Part shown: positions 13,086-14,486 of the stretch, piece after piece | Numbering within the stretch: position 1 is the stretch's first letter | Layout: every line of letters begins with the position of its first letter | Origin: Nanobdellota archaeon | GTDB lineage: Archaea > Nanobdellota > Nanobdellia > Woesearchaeales > JAHWHD01 | Direction: 5' to 3' | Length of the DNA: 14,486 nucleotides | Assembly (NCBI GenBank): GCA_034722435.1 | Contig: JAYENX010000026.1 | Coordinates: 1 to 14,486 of the forward strand | Translations under genes and position numbers: made by a program | The notes under the pieces: model-generated | What the model saw: only the letters and a program-made list of their open reading frames with translations | Database searches by the model: none | Told to the model about the DNA's origin: nothing

Positions 13086-14352
13086 ATTACAAAGAGCTAA
13101 AGGGACAAGGGATTTTAATCCTGAAGAGAAGATTATGAGGAATAAAGTTGTAGATGTTCTTAGAGAGGTTTTTGAGTTGTTCGGGTTTCCACCGTTAGAG
13201 ACTCCTTTAATTGAAAGGACTGATGTATTGGCAGCCAAGTACGCAGGCGGTGCAGAAATTTTGAAAGAAATGTTTCAGTTAACTGATCAGGGCGGACGAA
13301 AGTTAGCTTTAAGGTATGATCTTACAGTTCCTTTTTCAAGATATGTGGGTATGAATCCTACAGTTAAAATGCCTTTCAAACGGTACCAGATAGGTCGAGT
13401 TTTTAGGGATGGGCCTATAAAATTAGGTAGGTATAGAGAATTTTGGCAGTGTGATGTAGATGTGATGGGTTGTAATAAAATGACAGCTGAAGTTGAACTT
13501 CTTAATCTTGGCGTGATGGCTTTTAAAAAAATTGGTCTTAAAGTTATAATTTCTGTGAATAATAGGAAAGTTTTAGACGGCATTTTGGACGCTTTTGGTA
13601 TATCTGATGATAAGAAAGTAGAAATTATACTTACTATTGATAAAATAAAGAAGATTCCTAGAAAGGACCTTATTGCCGAGCTTAAACAAAAAGGTGTTAA
13701 GGATGTTAATAAGCTTCTTAAGATTTTTGAGGTTGAAGGAACTAATAAAGAGAAGATTGATTTTTTACTTAAATTTGTTAAAACTGAAACTGGTAAACAA
13801 GGTTTGGAAGAGGTGGCGCAGGTTTTCAAGATTGTAAAGAGTAAAGATGTTGTGTTTAATCCTGCACTTGCACGTGGTTTAGCTTATTATACTGGTATGG
13901 TCTATGAAGCGTTTATGAAAAATTCAGATTTTAAATCAAGTTTAGCTGGTGGTGGCAGGTATGATAAGATGATTGGAGATTTTCTAGGTACAAAGAAGAT
14001 TTTCCCGGCAGTAGGTTTGTCTTTCGGATTAGAACCGATAACTGAAATGTTAAAATTGAAAAATCAAGAGATCGCTAAAACTGTGACTGAGATTTTTGTT
14101 GTTCCTATTAATACTTTAAATGAATGTATGAAAATTGTTTCTGATTTGCGTAAGCAAGGGGTGAAGACTGAGATTGATATCATGGGTCGAGGTATTAGCA
14201 AAAATTTGGACTATGCCAATTATTACAAAATTCCTTATGTTTTGATTGTTGGTGATGATGAAGTAAAGAAGAATAAGGTTCAGTTAAAGAATATGGTCAC
14301 TGGTGAACAGAAGCTTATTAGTCTGGCTGAGGTTGTGAAAGTTTTAAGATGA
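13081..14352 (+). CDS. hisS: Histidine--tRNA ligase (eukaryote-like motif 2), 423 aa
   Basis: KGTRDF, LRYDLTVP, motif 2 FRDGPIKLGRYREFWQCDVD, ARGLAYYTG, GGGRYD, motif 3 GLSFGLEPI, C-terminal anticodon-binding domain. Confidence 0.98.
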   Translation: MKLQRAKGTRDFNPEEKIMRNKVVDVLREVFELFGFPPLETPLIERTDVLAAKYAGGAEILKEMFQLTDQGGRKLALRYDLTVPFSRYVGMNPTVKMPFKRYQIGRVFRDGPIKLGRYREFWQCDVDVMGCNKMTAEVELLNLGVMAFKKIGLKVIISVNNRKVLDGILDAFGISDDKKVEIILTIDKIKKIPRKDLIAELKQKGVKDVNKLLKIFEVEGTNKEKIDFLLKFVKTETGKQGLEEVAQVFKIVKSKDVVFNPALARGLAYYTGMVYEAFMKNSDFKSSLAGGGRYDKMIGDFLGTKKIFPAVGLSFGLEPITEMLKLKNQEIAKTVTEIFVVPINTLNECMKIVSDLRKQGVKTEIDIMGRGISKNLDYANYYKIPYVLIVGDDEVKKNKVQLKNMVTGEQKLISLAEVVKVLR

Positions 14353-14486
14353 ATTATAAAAAAGTACATGGCCGTATCATGGTAATTTCTGGTTTTTTAA
14401 TGTTAATTTTTAATGCTCTTGATTATTTGTTAGGTTGGAACCAGGAAATTATGTTTTTTGGAATAATTGGTTTGGTTTTTGTGGTT
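14349..14486 (+). CDS. Small membrane protein, truncated by the window end, translationally coupled to hisS
   Basis: ATGA overlap with the hisS stop; MNYKKVHGRIMVISGFLMLIFNALDYLLGWNQEIMFFGIIGLVFVV is open to the end with two hydrophobic segments. Confidence 0.65.
   Translation, partial: MNYKKVHGRIMVISGFLMLIFNALDYLLGWNQEIMFFGIIGLVFVV

Noticed and set aside
13287-13829. 180-aa minus-strand ORF
   Set aside because: Antisense shadow of hisS.
1-14486. CRISPR array, integrase/transposase genes, stop-codon reassignment
   Set aside because: No regularly spaced repeats or recombinase motifs seen; conserved genes are full length under the standard archaeal code, with hisS ending at TGA.

Overview
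AT-rich archaeal chromosomal window, most likely DPANN (Woesearchaeota/Pacearchaeota-like). This is inferred from repeated BRE-TATA promoters, an intron-containing tRNA, a C/D-box sRNA and a eukaryote-type HisRS. Core genes are mutL and mutS (both minus strand, split by an opposite-strand SWIM-like gene and a remnant of IS200/IS605-type ends) and hisS. Accessory genes are a membrane-anchored zincin, a HEPN/DUF4145 protein, a Lit/DUF1461-like membrane protein, a secreted thermonuclease, a GNAT and several hypotheticals. The most interesting part is the apparently intergenic 10.8-12.4 kb region, which the ORF track misses. It holds (i) a canonical double-guide C/D-box sRNA whose guides match two adjacent sites in the 23S peptidyl-transferase region, (ii) promoter-supported Cys-containing microproteins, (iii) a ~110-nt three-way-junction RNA with some 5S rRNA-like motifs, and (iv) a tRNA-His(GUG) with a canonical 13-nt intron plus a ~50-nt variable-region insertion. 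That tRNA has no genomic G-1 and has U73, and it lies close to a HisRS without the bacterial-type motif-2 loop, suggesting a G-1-independent histidine identity system in an archaeon. A 21-nt near-perfect direct repeat of the hisS ribosome-binding region brackets the GNAT gene between tRNA-His and hisS. All RNA structures were folded by eye and need computational confirmation.
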